A stretch of 62,891 nucleotides of DNA, filler included, from Rhabdomonas costata (lineage: Eukaryota): assembly GCA_019059605.1 (NCBI GenBank). It is 52 parts of 52 records of this genome, joined end to end, with 100 filler letters (N's around TTAATTAATTAA, not from the genome) between each part and the next. Parts side by side here need not be neighbours in the genome. Positions count along the whole stretch, not along the records: positions 59,359 to 60,469 come from JAHMHO010028056.1; positions 60,570 to 61,680 come from JAHMHO010028057.1; positions 61,781 to 62,891 come from JAHMHO010028058.1; 49 more parts are not named here. One strand, written 5' to 3'. Below, one piece after another: positions 59,916 through 62,891 of the stretch. Under the pieces are notes generated by a model. It did not search any database. It saw nothing but the letters and a program-made list of their open reading frames with translations, and was not told the DNA's origin. Position 1 is the first letter of the stretch, and each line of letters starts with the position of its first letter. The position numbers were made by a program, and so were the translations under genes.

Positions 59916-62891
59916 CTGCAAGACCGCAACCCGAAAACTGCTATAAGCAATCTTGGTTTATCATGCTGGTCCATAGGGTTAAAACAGATCAAGACACCGC
60001 CCCCCTCAGTCCAAATTCCGTCCCGCCATTTAAACTAATGCTTTGCCACTCACCTGACAAATCGCGGCATCAGTTATTCCTTAACAAGCGAAATTTTTGG
60101 GAGGTGCTGGAAGGGGCGCTGACGCAGTTCACCTCACTTCCATCCAAAAGCACAGAAAGGAGTCGATGACTGTAAAGAGAAGGCATCAGCTTTTCGGGGG
60201 GAGGCTACGCCATACCAACCCCCCCACTCCCAGGCGTACAGGATCTTACCCCACCCCCTGTAAAATACTCTCGCCTAGAGCGTGGGTGTGCTGGATCAGT
60301 GAATCTGTGTCGTGCACCTGTCATTTCATGAAATGTGGTCTCACCATCAAGGGGCGCACTCATACGTCTCAAACCTCGCAACATCTGCACCAATCACCAA
60401 CCACCGCGCCGTAAACATACCATTATAGAGGCCGCCTTTAGGAAGTCAATGCGACTCCCACAAACACCCNNNNNNNNNNNNNNNNNNNNNNNNNNNNNNN
60501 NNNNNNNNNNNNNTTAATTAATTAANNNNNNNNNNNNNNNNNNNNNNNNNNNNNNNNNNNNNNNNNNNNGTGGGTGGGGGGAGACCCAAAGACTTGGGGT
60601 TTGGGGTGCCTCCCAGAGGAAAAAGTCAAGAGGGGAGAGGTAAAGAAGACCGGAGTGGCCAAGGGACGAAAGCTCCCTTTGAAATCACTTTCCCAGGCAT
60701 AAACCTGAAGATAGGCCAGTACCCTATGGGCAGTGTGGGGTGCTGCCCCATCAAGCTAAAACAGACCCGCGGTAACGGGAGATGCATGCGCTGGAGTTCC
60801 GGAATGAGTAAATCTGTAACATATGCTTGTACCGTGCTCCGGTGACCCTGATGGTCCTTTCCTGGGACTGGAACAGTAAGAACCAACTATTCCGGGCAGG
60901 CAAGCCACATCACACGGTGAGGTACTTTGAGTGCTGCTCCTGTTCCATGGCAATGTGATTCTCAAGCCCCCATACCCAGCATTTGTGCTTCTTAACGGCA
61001 GGTTAAGGAAAAAATGCCCCATCGCGACGAAAGAGCAAGCACCACAGAAAAAATGCCCCATCGCTAACAAGCAAACTGTTCCGGAAGTGGGGACTTTGCC
61101 ATATTGCCCACCAGCCATCTACAGAAGCGCAGCCGCTTGGCATTATTTCCTCTTCAACTTCAGCTTTTGGGTCAGCTGAAGTCTGTAGGGGAAGAGGCAA
61201 AGCTGCTGACACTTGGTGGACAGTGATGACGCTCCCGCATTTGCCTGAGTGCTCAAAAGGACATGAGAGGATTCCGGCCCTGGGCGCGCCGGACTCTAGC
61301 CAGCACAGAGCCCGCCACAGAGGACGCCGGCTTCGAGATTGAGCTGCGCCAGTGCTTCGAGCGCAGCACACCCCGCCTACCTCACTCCGCACACAGGGCT
61401 CGCGCAGCGCGGGCGTAGGAGCCCAGCACAAGAAAGGCTCCACCCGCTTGGAGCGGCGCACCAAGTGTTTTAGCCAGACATATATTTCTGAGAGACTGAC
61501 AAGAAAAGCTGCGCCAGCGCACAGGCCTGCGAGTCCTGCGTTCTCTTCCCACGAACATAAAATGCAGTACCCAGCCACTGGAACAACCCAATCTAAACTC
61601 TTCGCCACAGAGAAATGAAAAAAAAACTCGTTTAATTGGAACATCTGGTATGCAGGCGAAGACCAATCCACCACCACACCNNNNNNNNNNNNNNNNNNNN
61701 NNNNNNNNNNNNNNNNNNNNNNNNTTAATTAATTAANNNNNNNNNNNNNNNNNNNNNNNNNNNNNNNNNNNNNNNNNNNNGGGGGTTGGTCTTTCAGCAT
61801 GGGTTCTTCTTCGCTACTGTGGAGGGGACGGGAACTGGGTGCGGGTCAGATCGGACGGCGCTGCGGCAGTGCGCCGGCACTTCTGGGGGATCACTTCTGT
61901 CGATCTGGGCTGGCTCTGCGATCAAGCCGGGCTGGCGGTGCAGCAGCAGTTTTTCACCTCCGGCCGCGCCGCGGCGGGGACACCGAAGCTGAGCGCCAGC
62001 GAGGGCGTCAACCTGATTACAGTGGCCAGCCCTCGCCCTTTGAATGTCTGAACGCAAGCTTTGGCTCCCTTTTTTCTAACGGGGTGTCAGGTGACATGAG
62101 CCGCTTTCCGTGGTTTGAGCGCTGTACCATTGAAGTGGGAGCGGGGGCGGGGGCACTTGTGAGCTTTGTCGGGTGGAGCAAAGTGAGTCGCTGGTGCGCA
62201 CTCCAATTGCCAGCGGTGATGAGGCTGTCCCTTCATAGAGGACATTGGGCTCGCATGAAATTAGTGGGCGATGCGTAAATAGCAATGCTAACAGAACAAA
62301 CGAATGGAACTGTGCGAGCCTCTGTGTTGCTGAGCTGTTGGTTTCCCTCCCCCCGGTATCCCGGGGTCTTCTTTTTTGGTTGTAGAGTGCTGTTCGGAAT
62401 ACCGTTCAGTTGGCCGAGTTGCCAACCAATCCTTCCGCGTACCGCTTTCCCTTAGCTCATTTCCTTTTCTGTGTAAGCATGTTTGTGCGATGGCCGACCC
62501 GAAGAGGCGGTCTCGGGTGCAGGGCTCCTGGGGGGGTTCCAGTCTTCCTCGTCCCAAGCCTGCCGCACCCCTTGCCTCGACTGCTGGCGGTGGTGAGGCC
62601 CAGTCTTCCATGCCGCCTAGAGGTTACACTGCCTCTGCTTTCTGACCTCTGTAGGACCTAAGCGGTCGCCGCAACATTTCCCCAACAACGGCTTTCGGCC
62701 CTTGTTGAGCGGAGCATTTTGAGCATTTTGTTTAACTTCCTTGTGTTGAGGTCACACTAGTATTGTCCGCTTAACACTAAAAAGGAGAGCTGTGAAAATT
62801 CTCGTGAAAGCGACCTTTTCCGACTTAATAGCGAAAATAATATTTTGAACACATTTACCCGCACAACCACGCCGCTCCTGCGCCACACAAC

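Noticed and set aside
785..60517. ORFs ending in X...LIN and most listed short ORFs
   Set aside because: They run into spacers, or are antisense or intron-spanning shadows of GC-rich exons.
1113..61780. Regularly spaced identical repeat resembling a CRISPR or satellite array
   Set aside because: It is an N-padded six-frame-stop assembly spacer. No cas genes or genuine repeat-spacer units are present.
1..62891. Gene neighbourhoods or operons (e.g. cyclases with the EF-hand protein and HK)
   Set aside because: Adjacent contigs are grouped by similar length, not by genome position.

Overview
This window is not one genomic locus. It is 52 unrelated contigs of about 1.1 kb, joined by an artificial 100-nt spacer (N44-TTAATTAATTAA-N44, stops in all six frames). 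Most contigs start with a G/T-only tract and end with an A/C-only tract, and several have fold-back ends. That pattern points to whole-genome amplification with G/T degenerate primers, probably from a single cell. The DNA is mostly from an intron-rich, flagellated eukaryote. A euglenozoan (euglenid-like) source is a tentative inference from GTNYG donor sites, GC-AG introns, a TTAGGG tract and a trypanosomatid-type cyclase. Recognisable exon fragments: DEAH helicase, PPR, SAM, possible fatty-acid desaturase, two class III cyclases, LRR proteins, histone H2A with a histone 3' stem-loop, dynein heavy chain, SPRY, histidine kinase, FAM227/FWWh and a multi-EF-hand protein. Mobile-element remnants: a retroelement-type N6-adenine methyltransferase, two CRE-like non-LTR fragments (one abutting the H2A 3' end), MITE-like inverted repeats and dispersed repeats. 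No intact novel multi-gene system can be shown, because neighbours across spacers are not biological. All family calls are by-eye motif recognition; no searches were run.
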